From an uncultured Spirochaetota bacterium (GTDB lineage Bacteria; Spirochaetota; Brevinematia; Brevinematales; JAOACQ01): a stretch of 64,000 nt of DNA. The stretch is from the NCBI GenBank assembly GCA_963783575.1, contig CAWAOD010000018.1, positions 128,001-192,000 of the forward strand. The letters are read 5' to 3'. Within the stretch, counting starts at the first letter, position 1. Every line of letters starts with the position of its first letter. The notes beneath the pieces were generated by a model. It was not told the DNA's origin. It did not search any database and saw only the letters and a program-made list of their open reading frames with translations. Shown here piece by piece: positions 48,950-60,338 of this stretch. Position numbers and translations under genes: made by a program.

Positions 48950-49039
48950 ACAGATTAAATCAAAATTATTTACTATTTTGCGATTTTTTATTTATTATTA
49001 TAATATAAGTGTTTAATAGTTATTAAAAGGAGGCTATAA

Positions 49040-50101
<1,062 letters not shown>

Positions 50102-50108
50102 ATAATTA

Positions 50109-50145
50109 ATTGCAGAGGCTGATAACCGGCCTCTGCAATGCTTTT
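50109..50145 (+). terminator. Stem-loop/terminator after gap
   Basis: ATTGCAGAGGC-TGATAACCG-GCCTCTGCAAT followed by GCTTTT. Confidence 0.7.
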
Positions 50146-50175
50146 ATTGCGGCATGGTAGCCTGCCCTGAGTTGA

Positions 50176-51866
50176 CAGACTGTGTGAAAACACAGTAAAT
50201 ATGCTATAATTATTAGAACAAAAATAATCGGAGTAAAAGATGAAGCATATTGAGGGAGAATCAAGGGATCAGATAGTTCTGTTCAATGAAACACTGGAAG
50301 ATCTGTTAGGAGAAGAAGATCCGGTAAGGTTTATAGATATTTTTGTTGATAAGCTAAATATGAAAGGAGTTGGTTTTAAAGTAAAAGAAGCATCAACCGG
50401 CAGAAGTTCATATAAATCCGAAATACTTTTAAAAATCTATATTTACGGATATTTGAATAAAATCAGGACAAGCAGGAAATTAGAGAGAGAGTGCCGAAGA
50501 AACACAGAGTTGATGTGGCTGACTGGACGACTAGCGCCGGATTTCAAGACGATTGCCGACTTCAGGAAAGATAATAAGAAGGGAATACAGTCGATATTCA
50601 GAGAATTTTTGAAGATATGTCATAAAGCCGGGCTTTTATCATTTGACGTGGTTGGAATAGATGGAACCAAGATCAGTGCGCAAAACCACAATAACAATGT
50701 TTATCATAGGAAAAACATAGAAGAAATCATACATAGAATAGATCAAAAGATCGAAGAATATTTGAATGAGATGGATAAGAACGATAAGGAAGAAAAGAAT
50801 GAATTTGAATTTCTTTCCGGAAAGATAGCGGAACGTTTAAAGAAAATGAAAACAAAAAAGGATAAAGTTGAGGCTATTAAAAAGATTTTTGAGGGAAATC
50901 CTGAAATGGAGAAATATTATTCAAATGACCCGGAAAGCCGGTTTATGAATGATAAAGGGAAATCCGACATTGCATATAATCTGCAGATGGCAGTAGATGA
51001 TGCTAATAAACTGATTGTGGCGATTGATGTGACGAATGAAAACAATGATATCAAACAGATGGCAGGAATGTGTGACCGAGTAGAAGAAATAAAGGACGAG
51101 CTTAAGGTAGAGACTGAAACGGTCAAAGTATCGGATGCCGGTTATTACAGCGAACCGCAGATACTGGAATGTATAGATAAGGGACATAACGTATATATGC
51201 CGAATCCGGATGACGGACATAAGGCAAGGATTCGAGGCAAAGAAGATAATAAAGGAGTACCTGCTGAAGAATACCAGGTTGATAAATTCAAATATGATCC
51301 GGGACAAAATGTTTATTATTGTCCGGAGGGAAACCCATTAGTGAGAAATGGGAAAAAAGTAGAGAAGGTCAATGGAGGAAAAGAGATAGTCAGGTACAAG
51401 TGCGGCTTATGCAGCCAATGTGAAGTAAGAAATAAGTGTACTGAAAGCGTGGAAGGACGAAGTATCAAAGTACCAGTTAGAAAAGAAGAAATTGAGAACT
51501 TCAAGAGGAAAATTCGTTCTGAAGCCGGGAAAAAGATCATAGAGAAAAGGAAAGAGATATGTGAACATCCATTTGGATCGATAAAAAGGAATATGGGTTA
51601 CAGTTATTTTTTAATGAAGGGAAAGGATGGCGTTCTGACGGAATCCAGTTTGGCAGGATTCATTCATAATTTAATAAAAGTATTGAATATATTGGGAATA
51701 AAGAGACTTATGACTCTGGTTTGATGCTAATAAACCATCGTTTATCGTATTCGGATAGATTTTTTAAACTAAGATTTTTTTAGCTTGAAAAATATATCAA
51801 AAAATGGAGTCTTTGTATAATTAATCGATTTTACTATAAAATTTTACTGAGTTTTCACACAGTCTG
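50176..51866 (+). mobile_element. IS1182-family insertion sequence, copy 2
   Basis: Same IRs and length as copy 1. I saw only two substitutions by eye: a silent GCG/GCT change and one in the right non-coding end. Confidence 0.92.
50240..51724 (+). CDS. IS1182-family DDE transposase
   Basis: Protein identical to 45785-47269. Confidence 0.93.
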   Translation: MKHIEGESRDQIVLFNETLEDLLGEEDPVRFIDIFVDKLNMKGVGFKVKEASTGRSSYKSEILLKIYIYGYLNKIRTSRKLERECRRNTELMWLTGRLAPDFKTIADFRKDNKKGIQSIFREFLKICHKAGLLSFDVVGIDGTKISAQNHNNNVYHRKNIEEIIHRIDQKIEEYLNEMDKNDKEEKNEFEFLSGKIAERLKKMKTKKDKVEAIKKIFEGNPEMEKYYSNDPESRFMNDKGKSDIAYNLQMAVDDANKLIVAIDVTNENNDIKQMAGMCDRVEEIKDELKVETETVKVSDAGYYSEPQILECIDKGHNVYMPNPDDGHKARIRGKEDNKGVPAEEYQVDKFKYDPGQNVYYCPEGNPLVRNGKKVEKVNGGKEIVRYKCGLCSQCEVRNKCTESVEGRSIKVPVRKEEIENFKRKIRSEAGKKIIEKRKEICEHPFGSIKRNMGYSYFLMKGKDGVLTESSLAGFIHNLIKVLNILGIKRLMTLV

Positions 51867-51874
51867 TGAGCTTA

Positions 51875-51922
51875 TGGTAAGCCCTTCGACAGGCTCAAGA
51901 TAAGCTTGTCGAAACAAAGGGC
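51875..51922. repeat. Nested tandem-GA palindromic repeat next to IS copy 2
   Basis: TGGTAAG[CCCTTCGACAGGCTCAAGATAAG]CTTGTCGAAACA. Confidence 0.7.
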
Positions 51923-51983
51923 TGCATCTATATTTTGATGTAATTCTTGATAAACGGAGATTAAAGATTGCTTCGGAGGTTTT

Positions 51984-53252
51984 ATGAGTATTTCAAAAAA
52001 AACTGTAAGGGATATTGATTTTAAGGGAAAGCGTGTGATTATGCGTGTTGATTTTAATGTTCCCATGAAAGACGGTGTAGTCCAGGATGACACAAGGATA
52101 AAGGCAGCTCTTCCAACGATTAATTATATCCTGGATCAAAAAGCAAAAAGCCTTGTGCTTATGTCTCACCTTGGCGATCCGAAAAAAGATTCTCAAAAGG
52201 CTAAAGAGAAAGCCGAAAAAGACGGGAAGCCTTTTGATGAGAAGAAATATATGGCTGGCAAGCATATGATGGTCCCAATAGCTGCATATCTGGCAAATCT
52301 GCTAGGGAAAGAAGTTAAATTTGCTCCCGATGCTCTTGGAGCCGATACAAAAAAACTTGTAGATTCCCTTAAAGATGGGGAAATTTTAATGCTGGAAAAT
52401 ACCCGTTTTCATAAGGAGGAAACCTCAAAAGAAGCTTCCGACCGCGAAAAAATGGCTAAAGAATTGGCATCATATGGTGATATTTTTGTTAACGATGCCT
52501 TTGGCACTGCACATAGGGCCCATGCTTCCACAGAAACTATCGCACATTATCTTCCTGCTGTTGCCGGCTTCCTTATGGAGAAAGAATTGGAATACCTGGA
52601 TGAAAAAATCGTTAAGAATCCGGCAAGGCCTTTCACCGCTATTATAGGCGGAGCAAAAGTTTCATCTAAAATTGCAGTATTGGAAAGCCTGCTTGGTAAA
52701 GTCGACCGCCTGATAGTCGGGGGCGGGATGGCATATACATTTCTTAAAGCTAAGGGGTTATCAGTAGGAAGATCTTTGGTCGAGGATGACATGATCGAAA
52801 CAGCGCGGAATATCCTTCAGAAAGCCTATGAAACGCACATCTATATTTATCTGCCGATAGATCATATTGTAACAAAAGAATTTTCTGCCGATGTGGAATC
52901 AAAGCATGTCGCCAGGGGAAATATTGATGATGATTGGATGGGCATGGATATTGGACCGTTAACTATAGAAAAATTCCAGGGCGCTTTAAAGGGCTCTAAG
53001 ACAGTGTTCTGGAATGGGCCGGTTGGAGTTTTTGAATTCCCTAAATTCGCGAAAGGTACAATTGCTATTGCAGAAACATTGGCAAAACTACCCGATTGCA
53101 TTACCGTTATAGGCGGTGGTGATTCGGTTTCAGCGGTTAATAAAGCCGGTGTTGCCGGAAAAATGTCACATATATCGACAGGCGGGGGAGCATCGCTTGA
53201 GCTCGTAGAAGGAAAAGTTTTGCCCGGAGTCGCAGCTTTAATGGATAAATAA
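51984..53252 (+). CDS. pgk: Phosphoglycerate kinase
   Basis: RVDFNVP, LENTRF, NDAFGTAHRAHAS, HISTGGGASLE. Confidence 0.98.
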   Translation: MSISKKTVRDIDFKGKRVIMRVDFNVPMKDGVVQDDTRIKAALPTINYILDQKAKSLVLMSHLGDPKKDSQKAKEKAEKDGKPFDEKKYMAGKHMMVPIAAYLANLLGKEVKFAPDALGADTKKLVDSLKDGEILMLENTRFHKEETSKEASDREKMAKELASYGDIFVNDAFGTAHRAHASTETIAHYLPAVAGFLMEKELEYLDEKIVKNPARPFTAIIGGAKVSSKIAVLESLLGKVDRLIVGGGMAYTFLKAKGLSVGRSLVEDDMIETARNILQKAYETHIYIYLPIDHIVTKEFSADVESKHVARGNIDDDWMGMDIGPLTIEKFQGALKGSKTVFWNGPVGVFEFPKFAKGTIAIAETLAKLPDCITVIGGGDSVSAVNKAGVAGKMSHISTGGGASLELVEGKVLPGVAALMDK

Positions 53253-53268
53253 GAAAAAGGAGAGTACT

Positions 53269-54021
53269 ATGCGTAAACCATTTATTGCCGGAAACTGGAA
53301 AATGTATAAAACCATCCCTGAAGCATTAAAATTCGCAAAAGAGTTTAAAGAAACGGTAAAAGGATCAAAAGCCGTTGATATTCTTTTATGCGTTCCATTT
53401 ACTATATTAAGTTCGCTATCAAAAGAACTTGAAAAATCAAATATCATGCTTGGTGCTCAGAATATGTATTTTGAGAAGGAAGGGGCTTTCACAGGTGAAA
53501 TTTCCCCGGTTCAATTGATTGATGCCGGCGCAAAATATGTCATTCTTGGACATTCTGAAAGACGGCATGTCTTCGGTGAAAAGGATGATTTGATTAATAA
53601 CAAGGTCCATTCGGCACTCCAAAATAATCTTTTACCTATTCTCTGTGTTGGTGAACTTATTGAAGAACGGCAGTCGGGTAAAACAGAATATGTTGTAAAA
53701 ACTCAGGTAAACGAAGGCTTAAAAGGAGTGACGAAAGATGACGTGTTAAAAATTACAATCGCTTATGAACCAGTTTGGGCAATTGGAACGGGTAAAACTG
53801 CCACCGCTGAAGATGCCGATAATGTTCATTCTTATATTCGTAAAATTATTTCCGATATATATAATAAAGAAATTTCAGAAAATTTAAGAATTCAATACGG
53901 CGGATCTGTAAAGGCAGAAAATATTGATTCATTGATGAAAAAAGATAATATCGATGGAGCTCTGGTTGGCGGAGCCAGTTTGAAAGTCGATTCATTTTCC
54001 CGAATTGTTCATTTTAAATAA
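53269..54021 (+). CDS. tpiA: Triosephosphate isomerase
   Basis: AGNWKM, GHSERR, AYEPVWAIGTG, YGGSV. Confidence 0.98.
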   Translation: MRKPFIAGNWKMYKTIPEALKFAKEFKETVKGSKAVDILLCVPFTILSSLSKELEKSNIMLGAQNMYFEKEGAFTGEISPVQLIDAGAKYVILGHSERRHVFGEKDDLINNKVHSALQNNLLPILCVGELIEERQSGKTEYVVKTQVNEGLKGVTKDDVLKITIAYEPVWAIGTGKTATAEDADNVHSYIRKIISDIYNKEISENLRIQYGGSVKAENIDSLMKKDNIDGALVGGASLKVDSFSRIVHFK

Positions 54022-54111
54022 AAGATTTTTTAAATTACTTGATTTTAGAAATTTTTCTGGTAAAATTTAAGTAAGGGGATTTGAGTGGGTTTCCAAAAGG
54101 CAGGTATCTCT

Positions 54112-54297
54112 ATGTCTAGAAACTTTGATTTAGAGAGTGAAATGAAAGCTGTACTGAAGGAGATTATGGATTACAAATGGCTTGAAAGTGAGAAAATCGG
54201 AATGGATATCGGAATGAGTAAAGCAGCTAAAGAATGGATCACTAAATATTACGATACCTGGTTTCAGTACAATGCTAATAAGTTTATGAAGGATTAA
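54112..54297 (+). CDS. Small protein resembling the DUF4032 C-terminal motif
   Basis: EIMDYKWLESEKIGMDIGMSKAAKEWI matches the KW..SE+.G.D.G...A..W pattern. Confidence 0.65.
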   Translation: MSRNFDLESEMKAVLKEIMDYKWLESEKIGMDIGMSKAAKEWITKYYDTWFQYNANKFMKD

Positions 54298-54499
54298 TAT
54301 TACGAAAATTATTTTCGTAACTAATTCCAATGCATGCATTTTATGTTTGACTATTAGTATTAATATGATGCCTTGAGAATAAATATTTTACAGTTTCTAG
54401 CACGGAAGTTTAATTGAAGAAGTTAACCATCAATTTTTCAATTCCTAAGGAAGTTATATTTAAGGCTTACCTCACTATTTTTATTATAGGTTTTTAATA

Positions 54500-56515
54500 G
54501 TGAAGTTTATTAAATGGTTCATTGCTTTTTTATTAACTATATTGTTTATTCTGATAATTTTTTTTATATATATTGTAAACCGTTTCAATCCCCGAACGGC
54601 AGTCCTATTCATCTCTACTCAGTTACTAAACAAATATTCCCTGGATTTAAGTCTAAAAAAGGCGTCTATTGATTTTAGAAAAGGTATTAAATTAGAAGAT
54701 GTAGAACTTATAGATACACTTCCCAAAAAAAAAGTGATTCTTGTCAAAGCAAAGGAAATAAACATAAGGTATAATCCGTTAGAATTTAATAACCGTGTTA
54801 TTGATATAAATCAAATATCTGCTTCCGGAATTAACCTGTCTTATACAGAATTGACAAATATTGTTTCACTTCTGCGTTCAAGAATTTACATCAAAAAAAA
54901 GATTATAATCCCAAAAATAAAAGTAAAAACAATAAATATTGATGATTCTTTAATTACTATCAATAATATTCCGGTTAATTATAGTTTAAAATATATTTTT
55001 AGTGATAGTCCGTTAACTTCTCCACTTAAAATTGAACTTAAATCGAGATTTGGTTCACTTGCTTATCTGGGAAACTTTAATAAAGGCAGCATTCAGATTC
55101 GGGATTTAAATATAAAAATATTTTCCCCAGAAGTGCCGGAATTTATTGTTATTAATTTAAACGGGGAATTTTTTGTTATAGAAAGAGGGGTATTTAATAT
55201 TAAAGGAATTAATTTTGTTATTAATTACAATAATTATTTACTTGAATCCAAATCAAAAGTTGAAGGAATATTAGATTATAAATTAAAATCAATATCATTA
55301 AAAAGTTTTAAATTTGGCATAAATAAAAATGATTTTCATATTAATCGCTTAGATTATTCTTATCCGGAAAATAAAACTTTTATAAGTGTATCAAACTTAA
55401 ATTTCAAGTTATCAGATTATTTCACAAATATTACAGGATCATTATATGGAAATATGGATTTAAATTTTATAAAAAATAATTCGATAACTAATCTTTATTT
55501 TAATGGAGATATCTTTTTATCAAATTATTATAACAATTTAATTAAAGACCTAAACGGGGAATTTACTCTTGAAAAAAATAATTTAAAGGCAAAATTAAAC
55601 GGGATTTTATTTGGAGAAAATTTAATCCTTCAATTAAATACAGGCAATATTTTAAATGATAAAATTAGCATAAAATTCGAAAGCGATAACCTTGATGCTG
55701 AAAAAATACTTGGTATTAGATCAAATTTTAATGCTTATTCAAGTAATAATATAAATAACCAGGACTTATCAATAAAGAAATTTTTAATAAACCGATCCGT
55801 ACATTTCGATTTTCATTCAGGAAATATCCATTATAAAAATATTAATTTTGAAAATGTATTTGCAAATTGTGAATGGAATAATGGATTATTAAGAATAACA
55901 GATTCTTCAGCAATAATATTCAGGGGAAAACTATCCATAAAAGGCATAATTGAGAAAAATATTTTTAATGGAGAAGCCAGTTATACAGGAGGAAGGCTAA
56001 AAGATTTTACAGAACTATATCTTAAACAGGGTAAAAAAATATACGGGAAAATTGACGCGAAAAGCCATTTCAACCTGAACCTAGAAAATCCAACGGCAAG
56101 CACAGGAGAAATTAGCATTGAGGCAATAAATGGTGAAATCAAAGATTTTGTAATACAGGATAAAATCAGCAGTTTATTATTCAATATTCCACTGGATAAT
56201 CTATTCTTCAACATCATACGATTATCGGGACATTTTCAAAATTCAACCCTGGAATTGAAAGAAATCTATTTTGAAAGTAAAGACATAAATATTAATGCCG
56301 CAGGTAATTATTATTTAACAGATAAATCTATGAAGATAATTGCAGATGTAAACTTCTCAAAAGAATATTTATCAGGTTTACCGAATGTAATGCAGATTTT
56401 TACAGCCGGTTACGAAGACCAGGGAAGAATCCTGTTTCACATTTCAGCATCGGATTCAATCGATAAACCGAAAATTCTACTTATGAAAAGCATAATGAAG
56501 CCCCATCCCGAATAG
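54500..56515 (+). CDS. AsmA-like protein
   Basis: N-terminal TM helix, beta-taco-type repetitive strands and an AsmA-like C-terminus. Confidence 0.7.
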   Translation: MKFIKWFIAFLLTILFILIIFFIYIVNRFNPRTAVLFISTQLLNKYSLDLSLKKASIDFRKGIKLEDVELIDTLPKKKVILVKAKEINIRYNPLEFNNRVIDINQISASGINLSYTELTNIVSLLRSRIYIKKKIIIPKIKVKTINIDDSLITINNIPVNYSLKYIFSDSPLTSPLKIELKSRFGSLAYLGNFNKGSIQIRDLNIKIFSPEVPEFIVINLNGEFFVIERGVFNIKGINFVINYNNYLLESKSKVEGILDYKLKSISLKSFKFGINKNDFHINRLDYSYPENKTFISVSNLNFKLSDYFTNITGSLYGNMDLNFIKNNSITNLYFNGDIFLSNYYNNLIKDLNGEFTLEKNNLKAKLNGILFGENLILQLNTGNILNDKISIKFESDNLDAEKILGIRSNFNAYSSNNINNQDLSIKKFLINRSVHFDFHSGNIHYKNINFENVFANCEWNNGLLRITDSSAIIFRGKLSIKGIIEKNIFNGEASYTGGRLKDFTELYLKQGKKIYGKIDAKSHFNLNLENPTASTGEISIEAINGEIKDFVIQDKISSLLFNIPLDNLFFNIIRLSGHFQNSTLELKEIYFESKDININAAGNYYLTDKSMKIIADVNFSKEYLSGLPNVMQIFTAGYEDQGRILFHISASDSIDKPKILLMKSIMKPHPE

Positions 56516-56596
56516 CCTATCATGAGTTTATTGAAAGGTTGTTCCCATATTTCAATTTAATTATATTTTCATTTTATATATAATGAGCAAGCCTTA

Positions 56597-57475
56597 TCAG
56601 AATGATACTGTATATTTTTTTAATAACCGGATGGGCACATAACTCATTTTTGCTTTTCGAATTCCATCGATTCCCATATCTTCTTCCCTGTTTACAAATA
56701 AATATCTTCCTGATATTTCATTCCGGACAAACAATTGGTTTATTATCTGGTAAGAACCGGTGAACGTATGATCCGCTTTCTCAAAATGGATTACAAATGT
56801 TGTGTCATTCAATTTTTCACCAAATATGAAAGCGATAATTTTTTCATCAATAATGATAACACCTCCGGTTGAAGACAACCGATCATAATTATCCAGAAAA
56901 GTTCTTATTGCAATTAATTCATCATCAACGGTAGGATCAGAAGATCTTTTCCCTGAAGCCCAATTTTCGGCAAGTTCCAGACATCCTTTTTTATGCTGTT
57001 CGGTATATTGTTCATATTTATAGTTATATGTCTCAGTAAATTTTTTTATAAAGCCCCGTTTTCCATCCAGGCGCCAGCCTTTCAATGATTCAAGAGATGA
57101 AGTTTTATAAATATAATCGAAGCTGTTTCTATCAGGTATGATTTTAACCGGCATATTTTTTGTATACTTTTTTTGATACTCGGGAATTAACCTGATTAAA
57201 TGAATATTACGGGCAACTCCATATTCCAGTAAAGATTCAAAAGTTTTATGGCAATCCATAAAGCCGATCGGCGGCATAAAATATCTTTCACCATGAATAT
57301 GTGCTAAAAAAATTAGTCCCTCGTCAAGTTTTACATATAATAATTCTTTAGGCTTTGACCAAATAAAAATGTTTGTAAAGGTATATTCTGAAATACCCGG
57401 CTGACATATAGTAAAACATTTTTCAATTAAATCTTTATCTTCTATCGTTATTTTCTTGAAATTCAAATCAGTCAT
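56597..57475 (-). CDS. DUF2156 family (GNAT-like, lysylphosphatidylglycerol synthase C-terminal-like) protein
   Basis: SEYTFTNIFIW, DYIY, HFEKAD..GSYQ, NREEDMGIDGIRKAKMSY.P. Confidence 0.88.
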   Translation of the reverse strand: MTDLNFKKITIEDKDLIEKCFTICQPGISEYTFTNIFIWSKPKELLYVKLDEGLIFLAHIHGERYFMPPIGFMDCHKTFESLLEYGVARNIHLIRLIPEYQKKYTKNMPVKIIPDRNSFDYIYKTSSLESLKGWRLDGKRGFIKKFTETYNYKYEQYTEQHKKGCLELAENWASGKRSSDPTVDDELIAIRTFLDNYDRLSSTGGVIIIDEKIIAFIFGEKLNDTTFVIHFEKADHTFTGSYQIINQLFVRNEISGRYLFVNREEDMGIDGIRKAKMSYVPIRLLKKYTVSF

Positions 57476-57489
57476 ATAAGTCCTCAATC

Positions 57490-57810
57490 TTAATTAATAT
57501 TTGACAGCATCCATTCAGAATATCTATCCCCAGCAAATAGTATCGGTAAAGCTATTATCTCAGGTAATTCATATGGATGGACAGAAAGAATCGCTTTTTC
57601 AATTTCAGTAAACAGTGAATCCCTCGTTTTCATCATTACCAGCCATTCAGCGGCTTTTTCCCTCTTTCCTTTCCAGCAATAATAGCTGATAACCGGTCCG
57701 ACAATCTGCGCACAGGCCGCAAGTTTTAAACCGGTCACAGTATCTGCGATTTTTTCTGCACTAGACTCGCTATCTGTTGTAGTATTAACCTGAATAAATT
57801 TTCCATTCAT
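57490..57810 (-). CDS. cutA: Divalent-cation tolerance protein CutA
   Basis: LAACAQI, SYYCWKG, HPYELPEI. Confidence 0.94.
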   Translation of the reverse strand: MNGKFIQVNTTTDSESSAEKIADTVTGLKLAACAQIVGPVISYYCWKGKREKAAEWLVMMKTRDSLFTEIEKAILSVHPYELPEIIALPILFAGDRYSEWMLSNIN

Positions 57811-57882
57811 AAGTTATCCTATAATTATTAAATTATAACTCTTCTCATAAGGGGAATAGCAATTTCCTGCTTTTAGCCGCAG

Positions 57883-57931
57883 CCTGTGGTGAGTCCTCGG
57901 CAAGCTCAGGACAAGCCTGACGAACCAAAGG
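57883..57931. repeat. Nested tandem-GA palindromic repeat (no IS)
   Basis: TGGTGAG[TCCTCGGCAAGCTCAGGACAAG]CCTGACGAACCA, directly after the stop of the spiro-SPASM gene. Confidence 0.7.
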
Positions 57932-57932
57932 G

Positions 57933-59396
57933 TTAAAAATTAAATACCCACCATTCATCACAATTACGGCAAAGTAAGGGTGATTCAAAATCTCCTTTCC
58001 AATGCCTGCAATATGGCTCAAGAAGATTTTCCCAACACTTTTCAATCCCATCTTTAAGCAGATTATTAGAAAATAATAATCCATTATAATCCTGCCGGCA
58101 GAGAGGGACATCGCCGTTTGCAAATACTATCATATCATGCTTAAGGTGAAGGCAGGCAAATCTTTTGATTGGTGATAAATCCACAACTCTGTATTTTTCC
58201 AGCAAGCCTCCAAATGTATCAAGCTTTTTAATGATAATACGATCGGAAAAATCCCTCCATTTCTCGTAAAATTTCATAATTTCGTTTTCATTCAGTGTGG
58301 ATCGTGTAAATTGAATATATATTTTTTCTTTATCGGGAAGACTTTTTATTTTATCTTCGATAGACTCAAGATCCTCAATTGGTATTATTGGATTTAGGGG
58401 CTTTTTGTATTTTGAAAAGTTGTCATTACCTGCAAAACTTATATCAAAAATAATTTTAACATTAGGTAAAACAATGGCTTTTTCAATCATTTCTGTCCGC
58501 ATAAAACAGCAGCGGCTCTCAAAAAGGAATTGTATTTGTTTATAATTGGCAATGATATCAATTATTCTTTCAATTTCCGGGTATAGAAATGGTTCACCGA
58601 ATAACCCGATATTGACGACCGGATTTTTTGAAAAACTGGACACTTGATTGACAATATTTTCAAAATCTTCGATTTTCATATTAATATTGCGGGAAAGTTT
58701 ATCTCCTATAAAAAACTCGCCGCTTTCTCTCTCTGTATTAAGTTCAATTTCAAAATATGTGGGACGTTTTCTGATTATAGAAGGATTGCTGCCGATCATT
58801 TCTTCCAATTGAGTAATATTATAATTTTTTGCATTCCGTTCAATTATGTCCTTCAATATCAGAAAATCATTGAAATTATCGGGTATGAAATTAACCCTGT
58901 ATTTGATAATCTTACATTCGCTAATAAAAATATTACAGTCATAAGAGCTTATATCCCTTTCAAATAATTCCTTAATACTATTTATAAACATACCTGTTCC
59001 TTCAGGAATTGTATCTTTTATAAAACCGGCGACATTTCCTTCTATAATCTCAGGAAGAAGCCCCAAAGGAATATTTTCTGGATAGGTAAAATCAAAAACA
59101 TATTCCTGATGTTCGGCAAGCATTTTCTTTGTAGATTCAACATCAAGCAATGGAGAATAAGCATTCAGAATCATTATACTTTTATCTTTCAAACAGTCTG
59201 TCATGAAGTCCAGAAAATCATTTACAGATTTAAAATAAATATTTTTTATTCCCTGTATACTAATTTCTTTTTCAGAAAAAAAATAAATTTCTTCTGTAAG
59301 AATTTTTATCTTTGAATATGTAATTTCAAGAAATTGACTAATGGATTCTTTTTCATGAATATTTTCCCTGTCAAAAAGAATAGCTGCAACTGGCAT
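57933..59396 (-). CDS. Spiro-SPASM protein (cytidylyltransferase-like N-domain, degenerate radical-SAM barrel, SPASM domain)
   Basis: SPLLD, P.GL.PE, GEPFL, DLSPIKRFACLHLKHDM...PLCRQD...LCRNCDEWW; no CxxxCxxC. The ATG at 59396 has an AGGAG RBS. Confidence 0.85.
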   Translation of the reverse strand: MPVAAILFDRENIHEKESISQFLEITYSKIKILTEEIYFFSEKEISIQGIKNIYFKSVNDFLDFMTDCLKDKSIMILNAYSPLLDVESTKKMLAEHQEYVFDFTYPENIPLGLLPEIIEGNVAGFIKDTIPEGTGMFINSIKELFERDISSYDCNIFISECKIIKYRVNFIPDNFNDFLILKDIIERNAKNYNITQLEEMIGSNPSIIRKRPTYFEIELNTERESGEFFIGDKLSRNINMKIEDFENIVNQVSSFSKNPVVNIGLFGEPFLYPEIERIIDIIANYKQIQFLFESRCCFMRTEMIEKAIVLPNVKIIFDISFAGNDNFSKYKKPLNPIIPIEDLESIEDKIKSLPDKEKIYIQFTRSTLNENEIMKFYEKWRDFSDRIIIKKLDTFGGLLEKYRVVDLSPIKRFACLHLKHDMIVFANGDVPLCRQDYNGLLFSNNLLKDGIEKCWENLLEPYCRHWKGDFESPLLCRNCDEWWVFNF

Positions 59397-59608
59397 TATT
59401 TTCTCCTTCAACAACAAGATAATGCAACCTGTTTCCATAATTATATAATGAAGAAATTCTTATCGCAATCAATTATTAAAATATAAATTAACATATTTAT
59501 TGAAATAAAAAATTATATATTTTCAAGTTGTTGCAGATGAATAGCATGCTTTTTTATAAACATATTTAAAATTTTGACAATTATTCTATACTGATTGATT
59601 CTATAATA

Positions 59609-59624
59609 GAATGAACATTCATTC
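59609..59624. promoter_or_regulatory. Candidate TetR operator 1
   Basis: GAATGAA-CA-TTCATTC, just downstream of TATAAT at 59602. Confidence 0.7.
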
Positions 59625-59646
59625 ACAGTTTGAAGGTATTGAGAAT

Positions 59647-60231
59647 ATGATGAAAGAAACGCCACAAGTTAAAAAAACGGCACTTCTAAAGGCATCACTT
59701 GAACTATTTTCGGAATATGGTATTCGTGACACGCCGGTGTCACAAATTGCGAAGAGGGCCAAAATAGGCGTTGGAACTATTTACAGGTATTTTCCAGGTA
59801 AGGATGCATTGATAAATTCTTTGTATAAAGACATACATGACCGAATGATTCCTTTTATCCGCAAAGATTATTCAAAAAATAAAACTGTTCGTGAAAAATT
59901 TTTACTTTATTTCGGAAATTTTATTCGTTATTTAGTGAAACATCCAACCGAATTATCATTAATGGGTCAGTATGATAATCATCCGCAAACCACTATCAGC
60001 AATCGGGAGAAAAATTCAAGCTCGGCTGAAATGGATTATGCATTAATTTTTAAACAAGCAATGGAAGAAAAATTATTAAAGGATCTTCCACTTGATATGT
60101 TGGGAGATATTATAATGGGTATGGTCATTTCACTTGCGAAATTCTATAATAAAGTGGGTATTGCAAGTAATATAAATGAATCTTCAATTGATAAAGGGGT
60201 TGAAGTAATATGGGATGCTATTAAAAAGTAG
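59647..60231 (+). CDS. TetR/AcrR family regulator
   Basis: ASLELFSEYG...IAKRAKIGVGTIYRYFPGK. Confidence 0.93.
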   Translation: MMKETPQVKKTALLKASLELFSEYGIRDTPVSQIAKRAKIGVGTIYRYFPGKDALINSLYKDIHDRMIPFIRKDYSKNKTVREKFLLYFGNFIRYLVKHPTELSLMGQYDNHPQTTISNREKNSSSAEMDYALIFKQAMEEKLLKDLPLDMLGDIIMGMVISLAKFYNKVGIASNINESSIDKGVEVIWDAIKK

Positions 60232-60249
60232 AAATTTTTGTAAAATAAG

Positions 60250-60268
60250 GAATGAATGCTCATTCATT
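60250..60268. promoter_or_regulatory. Candidate TetR operator 2
   Basis: GAATGAATGCTCATTC(ATT), the same GAATGA-N4-TCATTC core as 59609. Confidence 0.7.
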
Positions 60269-60338
60269 AATTGGAATTTAAACTATTCAGATTAAGCTTT
60301 GATACTTAAGAAGAATTGAATAATAGAAGGGCTAGACA

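Noticed and set aside
51872..58123. Short ORFs 51872-52093 and 57845-58123 (FDKLILSLSKG, ACPELAED)
   Set aside because: These are read-throughs of the palindromic repeats overlapping pgk and spiro-SPASM, not genes.
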